A stretch of 64,000 bases of DNA from contig NMRA01000113.1 in the NCBI GenBank assembly GCA_002633005.1, positions 874,556 through 938,555 of the forward strand, written 5' to 3'. Position numbers and translations under genes: made by a program. This document shows, one piece after another, positions 15,601 through 26,836 of the stretch. The DNA comes from Phoronis australis (lineage: Eukaryota; Animalia; Phoronida). The notes below the pieces were generated by a model. That model made no database searches and was not told the origin of the DNA. It saw only the letters and a list, made by a program, of their open reading frames with translations. Every line of letters starts with the position of its first letter. Positions within the stretch are counted from its first letter, which is position 1.

Positions 15601-18600
15601 GCAGAAGCAATGGTAATTGTGAACACTATCTAAGTACGGTAACTTGGTTCAAATGCCAAGCATCAATAGCAGGTTCATGTAGCCTACGCAGCTATGGACT
15701 TCTGCAATATCTCACAGGAAAAGTCTATATATACTTAAGAGGGTTCTCGTGATTTCAAGTCCAGATGAATACTGGTACTAACTATGTCTTTGCACTCACC
15801 ACAGAGACAGCCTCTGTCAGTTGAGATGTGTTCACCTGACCACCATCACCTGCACCCAATGTACCCTCAACAGCCACATCACCAGGAATACCACTCCTGT
15901 TCACGTGTCTCAGTTTACGCCTCTTCCTCGTGGCTCCCCGCTTCAATCACAACAACCAACAATCAGTACACACTCCCATGTAAACATAATAAGGTTAGAG
16001 TTCTTGGGAAGCAGGTCTTCTTAAAGACATTGTTTTGTTAAACACAAGATTCCATTTGCTATTAACAGTCTGAAGGTTTGGTAGGACCCTATAACATGAG
16101 CAATGTGGAGTGTTGATATGCGTCCACAGTGTACATCACATACAGTGCAGATACAATGAATGATCGTTCAGGGCTCGACACTTAGCTTAATGTCAACTCT
16201 CGAATTGCAACATGGCAATATTCCCAGGTCGCCAAATGGGAAATGAGGTCACCAAAACAAGGAAAACTTGTCGAGGGAGGGGATGCGGAAGTCCTGGTCC
16301 CTAAAAATCAATGTCAGTCATGCTCTTGCAATAACAAAAAACGCCGCGAAGTGGCATCAAATCCGGCCTGAAATGGAAAGGTGCCGTCATCTCCATAATA
16401 GAAATCTATTAGCCAAATTTCATTCAAATCCATTAAAGAACTCCGAACACAGAGGCAAACACTTAAATTGACACTACGGGCCAAAGCGGTAGTCAGATTT
16501 GTCCAAAACTTGATGTCATCTGTCGTCATCTGAATTGGAATATGTTTGCCAAATCTCATTAAAATCCTGAGTTCTGGAGATACAGCAGCAGATGAAAATG
16601 GCCCCTGTACGTTGTCATGTTAATAGGAACAAAGCTGACAAAGTTCACGAAGATTCTACATGGGGGAGACGGGGTTTAAGAGTTGAAGACACCGAACACC
16701 AGACAGAAATGACTAAATACATGTATGTGGGTGCATAAAAATGATCATGGATTTAAAACATACCGGTTGAATACAGCATAAACTGTTCCTCAAAAGAGAA
16801 ACAAAGGAATATGAAAGATGGACTATAATATGTTACAGACCCGCGTGTGAAAACAAAGGAATGTAGAAGACGACTTAGAATATGTTACGGACCTGCACAT
16901 GTGAAAACTCGTCATCGTCTCTATCTTCATCCTCTTCATCGTGTGAGTCAGCATCAGAGACCACCTCCTTTTTAGTCACATCTACGTAATCCGAGCCAGC
17001 CAGACATTTGTGAGCGTGAAATGTCCTCTCACGTGTAAAGGACAGCTTACAGCGACTACAGTGGTATCTGCCGTCATCACCTGCCGTATACAGAAGAAAC
17101 ATTGTCACAAGTCAAATTGTGAATGCATTATTACGACCTGTTTACAAACACTCAAGGATTATTTCGGGGGAACATGATATGATTCACTGTACTCATCAAG
17201 CATTTCACAAAAAGGTTTCAATAAATGACTTAGTAAAAACGACCATCTCTAATAAGTTCCAAGAAACTCTCTTAAGTTCATTTTTGACTGAAGTCTAAGA
17301 TTTGTCTCAACTTCCAAACTTTTGAAATTTCCACATCCGAAATGATACTTAAAATTATGAACTTAAATCAAATTTAAGATATCTTTCTTGAAACGCACGC
17401 GAGACAAATAAAGTTTTATCTAAAAATTGACTGAAATTTAAGATTTGTCTTAGCAAAATTGGTTTTCTTGGAACAGGCCCCTAGTCTGGTCCACATCACC
17501 AGTTGACAAAGACCTAAGTTTATTCAATGAATAATCATGTGCACAATACTTAGTGAAATCCAGCAAAACTAGACTATGCAACGAGAATGTCTTTAAGCAA
17601 CTGCGATTAACATGTGGTGATGGTAAACAGATGTCTGAGGAAACGTAACAAACAACAATGTACTAGTGATGATGACAAAATGTTGAATACAGGGCCTTTT
17701 ATGAAACTTGCAGTGGGTAAAAAGGAAAAAACTAAGCACAAGCCAAAGTGAAGAATGCCTGTGGAGTGACCAATTTTACATGTAGTCTTGAAAACAAGAA
17801 GTAAACAGTTAGTCATTACTACTTGTTTATAACCTAAGGCTTTCAGCCTGATACAACACACTTACTCTTCTCAGGCAGTAGTGGCTTCTCCTGTTTGACT
17901 ACTCTCGCTTCTTCATTTCTTTTCTTCACCTCTGACTTCTTGGGTCGCCCTCTTCGCCGACCTGCAATAAGAAATAACACATTGTAGCTGCAAGCACATA
18001 GCACTAATGCATACAAAAATATCATACAAAATGGAATTAATGAGCAGGCAGAACAGATGACCATAACCAGGGGAGTGCAATGGGTGCAAAATTATCCCCT
18101 TGCTGGCAGCTCAGGTCTGTCAAGGGTACGCCCTGCGACCCACCCATGCCCTCTAGGAACCCCATATCAGCAGATCAGGTCTGCTCCCGTTGGAATATAT
18201 CTTTTTCCAATTCGCCTGCTTCAGCCACAACAATTTTGTTTACAATGGAGACAGAAAAGAATCTACCACGTGTTCGACTCACAACCCAGGAGTGAAAAAT
18301 TTACGGAGCTGGGGGCACTGTATGGAGAGAACAATAACAGGTCCGTCAATCACAATTTCATGCCTACCCATTGCAATAGCTAGCTATGGGTATGGGTATG
18401 GTAGTCAACGTCGAGCCAAGGAAAATCGACCCAGGGAACATCGTTAAGCACCGGGTCTTCTATAACTGTCGGGGACCTTAAGTTCATTGTCAACTACACC
18501 TTCGCGTGCTTAATCAAGTGAAGCTGGTAGTGTTGTATCTAGGACTGTTGCCATTCTAATTTGATGCACAGCTTTGGAGTGGTGTACTCGCACAAGTTCC

Positions 18601-20687
18601 CACACTATTATCACCAGAGTATACATTTGATTGACAGCACCATGTGAGTAACAAATGTATTATGCATATGTCGTGTGCCCAATGCCAAAAACAGAAAAGG
18701 GCTTGAGAAATTCTTGGCAACTCAAAACCAATCTGATGAAAGACAAGTCCTGGCCATCATTTGGCAACTAATAATTTTTTTTGCTATTTTCATGTTTGTT
18801 ATCATTTGCGATAAAAATGAGGTGCACACTGACACAGATTGTTGCCATGACTGTAAGTGGCGCGGACCAGAGCAATATTGTTAGTGTTAACGTAATTGGA
18901 TTATGGGGACGTCTTACATGAGAAATAAATGGGTTTATCAAAACAAAAAGTTCAGTAAGTTAATCGCTTTTGGAATTAGCAAAAACATCGCTGTTTTATG
19001 TCATTTTATGAGTTTGATACTTGGTTTACCACGGCTGTTCTATTTGTTGAGTTCTCTGAAGGGTGGTTTATCTGTTTACACATTGGTTTAGTTTGTAATC
19101 GCAATACCAAATTATTAATGAACAATGTCAGCAATGTTTGTGACTGATGACGTGTTACTAAGCATAAATGGTAAAATTGTAACGTGTGTAGTATGTATCG
19201 TACCACATTAATTAAAGAACTTCAGACAACCTTTAACTTTTTCGTCCTTCATGCGATTCTTAAATTTGAGATGGCCAGTTTTACCAATTTCTAAAATTTG
19301 GGACAAGATCTGGCCTTGAGCAAAGCAATTTATTTTTCACTGTCCCAAATTATTAATGTAATCAAATTGAAACCAAGATCGTCTAATTCAAGCACAAAAC
19401 AATTCGCACCTTTTTCACAGAAAAATGCTTTCTTCAAGAATTTACGCTGCATTTAATAAGTACATTTGTTTCATATGTAAAGAATTTCGCTCTCAGATAT
19501 GCTTTCAGTTGACACATTCTCTGGTTTTCATTAACGTTGACACAAGTTTTAAAAACAAATTATGTCGTGGGTCCCTGTTACTGCAAGGAAGGTCTCAGCC
19601 ACGTTGTGTGCCAGATCCTATGCCGTAGCTTATTTGATGATTCAGCACTAGCCAGATTGATGGCAGCACCTGAACACACAACAAAAATGACATCCACCTC
19701 ACAAATGATCATGAGAATTTTACAGATATTTCTCCATACAAGGAGTCGCTCTCGTCTGACTACACGAGACGAAAGTAAACAACGGCACTTCCATAGCACT
19801 CGCGCTAGGTCTCGAGCGCACAAATAGACATTTTGTGCTTCTGAACATTAACATTAGGAATGTGACAAGCGATTATTGTAAAACATGCACTCCGCAGTTG
19901 CAGTTTTTGTTAATTTCAATTCAAATTATCACACAATCATTCAACTTTTAATTTTTAAAACTTAGCCTTCTTCTTTTTCCATTTCAACTACTTATCCCTT
20001 ATTGTGTTATATATTGCACATTCGTCATTAACAAAACAGGCAACTCAAATTTGCTTATTTTGTACAGAAATGTGAGGTTGCATACTAAATGTCAAAATTT
20101 CTGTAGAGATAAGTCTGGTTACCATGACCTCAAAGTTAGCCTCTTTTCTTACCTGAACTTTGAGAGTTGTGTGTTTGACTGGGAGCTACTCTGGTCACTA
20201 CAACCTCAAAGTCAACGGGGGCATTAGTGACTCCTCCCTCCTCTTGGTTAATAGTCACAAGTTCCACAGTGCCCTCTGGAATAATCAAATAAATAAATGA
20301 ACGGACACTATTTCAATTACATAAAAGTACAAACCATTCCAAATTATGTAAAAGAATTAAATATTTCGTCTAATCACAAAAATTTTTAAGACACAAATTA
20401 AGTTCCCTTGAAGTTAAGATTTCCTAGATGATGCAAAAAATTAACTTGAACAGCTCAGCTTTCATTGTCAGCTAAAAGTAGGATTGCAAGTAGAACACAC
20501 CACCAGTCTGGGTACTGTCTTGTTGGACGTCATCACAAACACTAGGTGGCGCTTGTTCACTGGGCTGTGACAAAGTAGCTGTAACCGATGCTGGCTCCTT
20601 AGAACATTCTTTCTTGTGAGTAACGAAATCCTCCAGGGTGAAAAAACAAACATCACAAGAGCCACATATAAATGTGTCCACGGCCAT
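6656..20687 (-). CDS. ZFAT: ZFAT-like zinc finger and AT-hook protein (~1112 aa). Exons 20687-20501, 20275-20153, 17961-17866, 17080-16893, 15940-15800, 15355-15025, 13759-12833, 12014-11810, 11154-11048, 10453-10177, 9584-9299, 8874-8776, 7920-7839, 7306-7227, 6865-6656
   Basis: Many C2H2 fingers and an AT-hook (RRGRPKK). Segments recalled as ZFAT-like: QLSIFSCKTCDKVFK, LLYLCHVCNRKFKKKVDRDRHLFVH, MECEFCGRLF, TFKCPYC...DLQKHIWIHQDVKPF, and C-terminal AVNILQQII. All junction phases are compatible, 3339 nt total. Confidence 0.88.
7655..7828. repeat. ~26-bp minisatellite (GTTGTGACTCCTAGnCAGTCTG) abutting the ZFAT donor at 7838
   Basis: About 7 degenerate copies of the TGTGACTC core. Confidence 0.75.
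8008..8152. repeat. ~29-bp minisatellite (AAAATATTATTAGAAACACTTAACAGTAC), about 5 copies
   Basis: Read directly. Confidence 0.85.
9078..9220. repeat. degenerate (GAT/ATG)n trinucleotide tract, intronic
   Basis: Runs of GATGAT and GATGAG; explains the spurious His/Ile-rich ORF. Confidence 0.75.
9593..9733. repeat. perfect ~69-bp tandem duplication just upstream of the ZFAT acceptor at 9585-9586
   Basis: ACAGGATGCGACTAACTGTACTATTCACAGGGAATAAATTAACATGGTGGAACACACTCAAGCAATGCT, two copies. Confidence 0.93.
9981..10032 (-). repeat. intronic duplicate of a ZFAT exon end plus donor (copy of 10144-10196)
   Basis: On the minus strand, GGCAAGATGAAATGTGATAA|GTAAC versus the real GGCAAGATGAAATGTGATAA|GTAAG. 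Confidence 0.85.
10497..10730. repeat. long inverted repeat (foldback/MITE-like), ~109-bp arms, 16-bp loop
   Basis: 10497-10605 is the near-perfect reverse complement of 10622-10730; the same peptide appears in ORFs on both strands. Confidence 0.93.
12581..12762. repeat. near-perfect ~180-bp palindrome (foldback element)
   Basis: AACAGCTT...CCTCAAAAGCGAGGCCCCCTATAT TA ATATAGGCGGCCTCGCTTTTGAGG...AAGCTGTT. Confidence 0.92.
16260..16660 (+). mobile_element. copy of the dispersed GCCAAATTTCAT / GCCACTAG repeat family
   Basis: Shares blocks with 43340-45330 and 50700-51700, e.g. AATAGAAATCTATTAGCCAAATTTCAT, GCGGTAGTCAGATTTGTCCAAAA, GGAGATACAGCAGCAGA. Confidence 0.65.
17255..17481. mobile_element. 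MITE-like element, related to 29723-29960
   Basis: GTTCCAAGAAACTCTCTTAAGTTC...AAGATTTGTCTCAACTTCCAAACTTT is found reverse-complemented at 29880-29952; ends in TTTCTTGGAACAGGCCCC. Confidence 0.7.
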
Positions 20688-21593
20688 TCTAGGAAAAACA
20701 AGAAGAAACTTTGATAATGTGTATAACTGAGAACCACATATAGCCTCAGAGCTAAATGCTTAACATAACATGGGCTTGCCAGATGCGAACTGGCAAAAAC
20801 CTGTGATTTTTACCACATAATCATGCAAACAACATCTGAGGGTACATTAGTGACCTGCAGGTCTCAAAATTGACCCCTGACATACAGAAGTGTTATTCTA
20901 GGAGAAACAAGAACAATCTATACGATACCAATGAAACAGCTCTGAGGAGCGGCACTTGAAAAATTGTATGAAAAACTTGGAGCTGAGATTGACAACAAAA
21001 GCAAGAACAGCGACCTCAAACACAACACCCGACATGCCACCAACCACGACATGATGTTGCTGGCACTAACAATAACAGTTCAGATGCTGTCACCAATACC
21101 AAGACAGTGACGATCAGACATTGACATGGCCTTTGTGTAAAGACGCGTCTTCATGTGCAGACAGTACCACAATCTGAACTGGGGTATTTTTACACTGCTC
21201 GTGCCAGCAGATATGTAATACTCCCTGGCCCAAGCATTGTAAAAATGTCCAGTAGCCGATTTGGGCAACTGAGTGAAGGAATGCTTGACGTTTGATGTGA
21301 GAGTATTTGTTTAAGCTGAGAAGAGTTAGATATCAATGGCCTCCTAAGGACCTAAGGTGTCCTCTATGCTTAAAAGGTAGCATAGTAATAGGACTGACAT
21401 TGAAGCTTTAATCAGCGCGAGACATAATTCGCTGGTGCACGGAGAGCCTATGGGATGACTACCATCTCTACTGAGGCCAGTTGTTGAGATGATCGGGGGT
21501 ACAGTCTAGAAACATTATGTCTCATTTCTGAAGACTATGACGGTCAATGGAGTTGCGGTTACAGTACACACTTGCAATGTTTTTTCTAGCCTT

Positions 21594-21630
21594 GGCGCAA
21601 AGCTGTATACTAAATATACAGCTTTGCGCC
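21594..21630. repeat. perfect 16-bp hairpin GGCGCAAAGCTGTATA-CTAAA-TATACAGCTTTGCGCC
   Basis: Read directly. Confidence 0.9.
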
Positions 21631-22659
21631 GATGTGGGTAAAAAATTACCAAATAAAATCTGACAAAATTAGCATCATTAAAAACTACACACTTATTTAC
21701 TGGTTTTGGAAAAATTGGCGTTCCACCGTTATTCTGCTGCTAAAGTTATATAGCGTCACCTATTGACCAGTTTCTTTTTTCGTCAATTCTTCAATCAAAT
21801 GTTCTTTCACGAGGTTGGGTACACGACACAACAAATTATCGGAACTGGTTTCACTTCATTACAGGTTTTTAGAATTTTGATACTAAAAAACGGAGTTTCC
21901 GAAGAAATTTTACTGCTGCCAAGCTATCTCTCGAGAGATGTCACAAAAATTTAGGAAAAGGCGCTTGCAAGTGTCACGAGCGTATTGTTTTCAATACGAC
22001 AACATAACTTTTTTTTGTTAGAAAAGGGGGAGGATTACGCAAGAAAATGATGTTTATTGGATTGTTTTCCACTTAAACGGCTGTAACGGGCAAGGTGACT
22101 GTAAGGATTGAAATCACAATTGTTTGTTGTAGGAAAAAATTTGATTCCCACATTTTGCATACACCCCGTCCGGTCTTTAGCTCTACACCTTGATACCGGT
22201 TTCACGGCAAGTTGACGATCAGAACTACCCTGGCTGTGCACAATTTCGGGGTCTATGGAAGAAAAACACACAGTGGTACCTGGCTGTATTTTGACGATAG
22301 TCTTCATACAGCTAGCTGGCTGGCTATGCTTTTTCTTCCATTGGCTTTGCATTTGCATACCTATAAATTGTTTAATGAGAATTTGGCAGCACTTGATTGA
22401 CTTCAGTTTCAGCGGGTCAACCACCTAAGACATCAGATTGCTTCTGAAGGACAATTGCCGGCTTGCAAACCAATCAGATGTCCAAGCTGCCTGATTGACC
22501 CGGCGGAGTGCAGACGAGCCGAGGACTAACACGAACTTCGAGACTAAAGTTGTTCCCACATTTTGAAGATAATTTTTCGAAGTATTGCACTTGACTGTTT
22601 CAAGTCTAATGAGAATACCATAGCATTGCATACGACCCATGATTAAATACCAGCGGTTT

Positions 22660-22820
22660 TATACTCACTTGCGCAGATACAATAAAGCGTATCAACGAAG
22701 TATTTGGACAAAAATTTAATTTACATCGACTATCAGCGGCTGTAAAATCCAAAATGGCTAAAATCTATGACCTCGCAAAATCTCGTTCATTATGACAAAC
22801 AAACACTAGATGGCGCTATG
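22660..22820 (-). promoter_or_regulatory. candidate ZFAT non-coding first exon/promoter
   Basis: The ZFAT ATG lies 1 nt after an acceptor, so a 5' UTR exon is required. Minus-strand donor AA|GTGAGT at ~22668; CACTAGATGGCGCT (CTCF-like) at 22804-22817; AAAATGGC (YY1-like) at 22751. Confidence 0.35.
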
Positions 22821-23705
22821 TTGTTTTAGTTTTAGGTCCATGACCCTTGAGTTTACCGCCGTTCATGTTCTACGATCACCACTGACACAACTCATAGTAT
22901 AAAAACATGTGTATGTTTCTTATGGAAGGGTCGAGCCTTTGGAAAATTCGCCTTTCTGTGAGTTTAGTCATGGACGTAGCAGAAAGTGCAAACAAATGAG
23001 TCCAACTCTGTAAATTTAATTTCATTTCCACTCCTGTCCAATAGTCTGTTTCACCTGACAACTCGAGTCGCAATTCGACTAGTAAAGCACAATCAATATG
23101 AATAAACTTGTTGTGACTGATTTGAGGTTAAATTGAATAATGGTTCATCTGTTTTACTTTTCTTGATACTAGGGCCCATACATTTGAATACGTAGAGAGA
23201 GGGCCGGGCAAGCCAATAGAAAAATCGCCTCACTCCGGATCACTTGCCGTGAGTCTGCACGCTACTGCACTACAACGAAATAAAAATTAAGCACCAAGCC
23301 CTACATAGTAAGCCGGAGAGAAACCTTAGAAATATAGGATACTGTAGAAGCTGAATAGTGAGTAGGCCTAAATGCTTTTTCTCCATGATGCAACTGATAG
23401 TATTCGCAAAATTAGACTGACGCAAGCTTACTGAATACCCTTTAGTTAACAAAGTTCATATAAGACTTTATTAACAAGTTTGTACGTTTAGCGAAATAGA
23501 TTTTAGCTGAATAAAAGCATATTGTTTTCTGAAAACCTGTACAATTTGGTTTTCAACTTTTTACCAACCTGCCAACATGGGGTCCTGTGACCACATCTTT
23601 CCAATAAAATTTAACAAAACGAAAGGTGGATACTGAGATAGCGAAACATCAGTATCATTAACATGATCAAATTTTATTTGATACAAAAATCGTTTTATGC
23701 ATCAA

Positions 23706-23802
23706 CAAGTAAACCATAGAAGACTTGTTTTTGATAGCCCCAAATGCCAAAAAGTAAATCATAGAAGACTTGTTTTTGATAGTCCCAATGCAAAAGTGAA
23801 AC
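23706..23802. repeat. ~46-bp tandem duplication (AAGTAAAnCATAGAAGACTTGTTTTTGATAG)
   Basis: Read directly. Confidence 0.8.
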
Positions 23803-25247
23803 ATTTTAAGAACATCTCCTAACAGTGACAAAAGCCTAAGTTTCGTGAACTAAACAGCCATCTCAAAGATATGGTGATCCAAAGTTAGCGTAATCTGGAC
23901 ATTTTTCTAGGGCTCTACGTAACCCGGCAGAAAGCCGAATAATAAACAAAAATGGAGTTAGCCCCGACCTTTATACTAGCATAAAATTGGTGTCGTAATG
24001 TTGCTTAACGTTTACAGCTCAGTTTCGAATTCACACTGAATTTTAGTGTTTAGTGTTCAATCCCAATAAGCTTTGAAACGTTTTCTTGACTAGTTGCTGA
24101 TAATTTCGATGATGTTCTTGTTGATAACGGAAATAGCGCCCTCTTACGGTAAGGACTGTTATGAGATCGATTTTATGAGAGTAAGGAGTCTAACAATCTT
24201 TTTTTAATCAGCTAAAACGGGGCGAAATGACGTAGTTTTAATATTAAAAGGGGAGTACAGCATTAAGGTCCACAGCAAAGTAAAACGCGAAAGGCATATT
24301 AGTACGAAATAAGTGATTGATTATCATGTTAGACATGTATGCGCGTGTGAGTATGGGCGCGCGCGTGCGTGGTTGCGTGTATGTGTGTGTGCGTATGTGT
24401 GTGTAATTTCGAGGGCCTAATGCAGACAGTACATATAGTAAGTCATGGTGCTTGAATAAGTACATAGGCAGACGGTGTATAAAGTGTTATTCTTGGTGTG
24501 TAGCAAGTAATTGTGGCGACGTTATTTGATTTTTCTTTGATGATTATAATAAAAGTGTAAACAGTGAGTTGCCATAATTGTTATGTAAAACGGAGTCATA
24601 AGTGTAGGACTGTAATTTGCGAAATGTTACAATAAAGTTTAATAAGAGAGGACGAGAATTTTAGATCATCTTTTGTTTCGGTTGTGATAGCAAATAAAAT
24701 TGCTTTGGATGTCATGGGGAAGTTGGTTGTGTAAAAATTTGTGATCTATTTTCAAGCATGACATGTTAAAAATGTCTTCAAGCAGAGATATTATAAAATA
24801 TATAAAAGACTACATATTGGATTTGTATAGGCGACGTTGTTTGAATTGGTGTTTTTTTTTTAAGTTCTTATTCGAAGAAGCAGCCTGCTGAAATGTTTGA
24901 AGCCCCATCTCGTGATACCAAAAATTAAGTGAAGATGGATCACTTTATGCCGTCAAATGATTTAATCACGAAGACTTGAAGGTAATTTTGACTGTTTGTA
25001 TTACTAGGAGAGTATATGACATTTTAGGCAAGTTTCGAAAGCATGACTATGAGTGGGTCTTCTGAGTTTTTCTCCTTATGAAGAACACTGTTTGAAGAAA
25101 AAATTAAAATGTTGATTGAAATACGACAGTCACCACATGAATCGTTCACTGAAGTACGGCTTTAGCTTGAAACGTAGCTCCATTCCGACCACAGAAAAAA
25201 AGGTGTCTCCCAAGGTAATAGTTATATTACGTAAAGAGCGCCCAGTA

Positions 25248-25549
25248 CAGGGGCGGATCAAGGATTTTGAGTTAGGGGGGGGGCAGGGCACAGAAATAAC
25301 CAGAATTTCGCCACATGCGCGCGCCTAGCCTAAAATGAAATATAGGGATGCGGGGGTCTCGAATTTTTGGGTTTGTGGATCTTATTACTAAAAAAAACGG
25401 TAAACGGGGTTTGTTCAAGGCCTATGTATTGTGCATTCGCCCCCCGAGCCCCCTAGGTGCGCGCATATGCTAGTCAGCAGCTAGCACCCCGAACTGCCAC
25501 ATGGTATCTGGGAGAATTTTAGGATGCCCCCCCCCTAAATCCGCCACTG
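25248..25549. mobile_element. 302-bp MITE with terminal inverted repeats CAGGGGCGGAT/ATCCGCCACTG and flanking CAGTA direct repeats
   Basis: TIRs visible; CAGTA at 25243-25247 and 25550-25554; related ends near 40028-40040 and 42920-42940. Confidence 0.75.
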
Positions 25550-26836
25550 CAGTATAAATTTAAGAAATTGAGGTTCCAGTCAATTTTAACTTTGAGGAAT
25601 TTCGGATAACCCTATATCATTTTCCAAACCAACCTTCATGAAAAGTGAAAAGTCCGCTACGCCAAGGCTATAGCAAACGGGAGTGCGAATTACTTGCCGA
25701 CGGCTGGAGCCAGGTGGGAAAGTCGTAATAAGAGAAAACGTTAGTGATCTATGCGAGGGGTACAGATTGACGTTCCCATATGGAATGATTGGGAAAGTTT
25801 AGCATTAACACACGTTGGCCTTCAAAGCAGATTCCTCTGTGTTACATAACTGATTTTCTAAAATTTTTATAAACTAAGCCTACCCATGGAAGATAGTTCA
25901 CCAGGTTATAGCAAGTTTGTTTGAAGCGTGTTGTTGGTAAAGTTTAGTATGCTCTCGTTCAACTCATTTTTTCGATCAGCCTCACTGAACTTGATATAAA
26001 GTTAAGGTCGAGATTACAGTTCGTTTGATTTTTAATTCTTTGTACATTAAAGATACCAACACAAAATGGTTTGATTATGTTAGTAGCAACTTAGACATTT
26101 AAGAAAATTGCCGTAAATACCATATTCATCAGAATTGATTTTTATGACAATTCAATTAATAACATCTCTTGTGTGTTTGGATTTCAGATAATATTCCATC
26201 GCCTGCTCTAATCCAAAGTGGTTAGATTAAATGTATCCGGCATGCCACTAAAGCGTTTACTCTTGGAGTTGACACGTGTCTTGTTATTCCAACTCGTACG
26301 ATAAATACGCCACCACAAAAAATTGTTTTTGGTATGAACGCTCCAGCCTTCGCGGTAATTAAAAACGCATTGATCGCTTACTGGTAAATTGAATAAAGAG
26401 GTCCATGCTTTTCATAGTGGTTACTTTGTCTGCGAGCTTATTTCACGAGTGCACAGTGTACCAGTATCTTTGAGAGTACTACAACATGAGCAAAGTTTGA
26501 ACCTGTGAGATCTCGATATAAATACTGGCCTAGACCCTAGCGACCATTAGCGGATGTACCGTAGACCTACCGCTAACGCTGTATCGACCCTTGTATTTAT
26601 TTTGTGAGGGGATTATCTAAAGCCGACATCATCAAAAGCCCGCTGACGGCTAATACCGGATTTTATGCAGGACGAGCAGACTCTCACCAATGTTGAAATG
26701 GATTGCCAAGGTATTACTTGGTGATGTAAATCATACATGCCATAACTTCTCAGATCGACACTACAGCAATCGAAGTTTATTAATCACATAGAAGACGATG
26801 GTGAAAGCCTACATTGACTAGTAAAGATACACAGCC

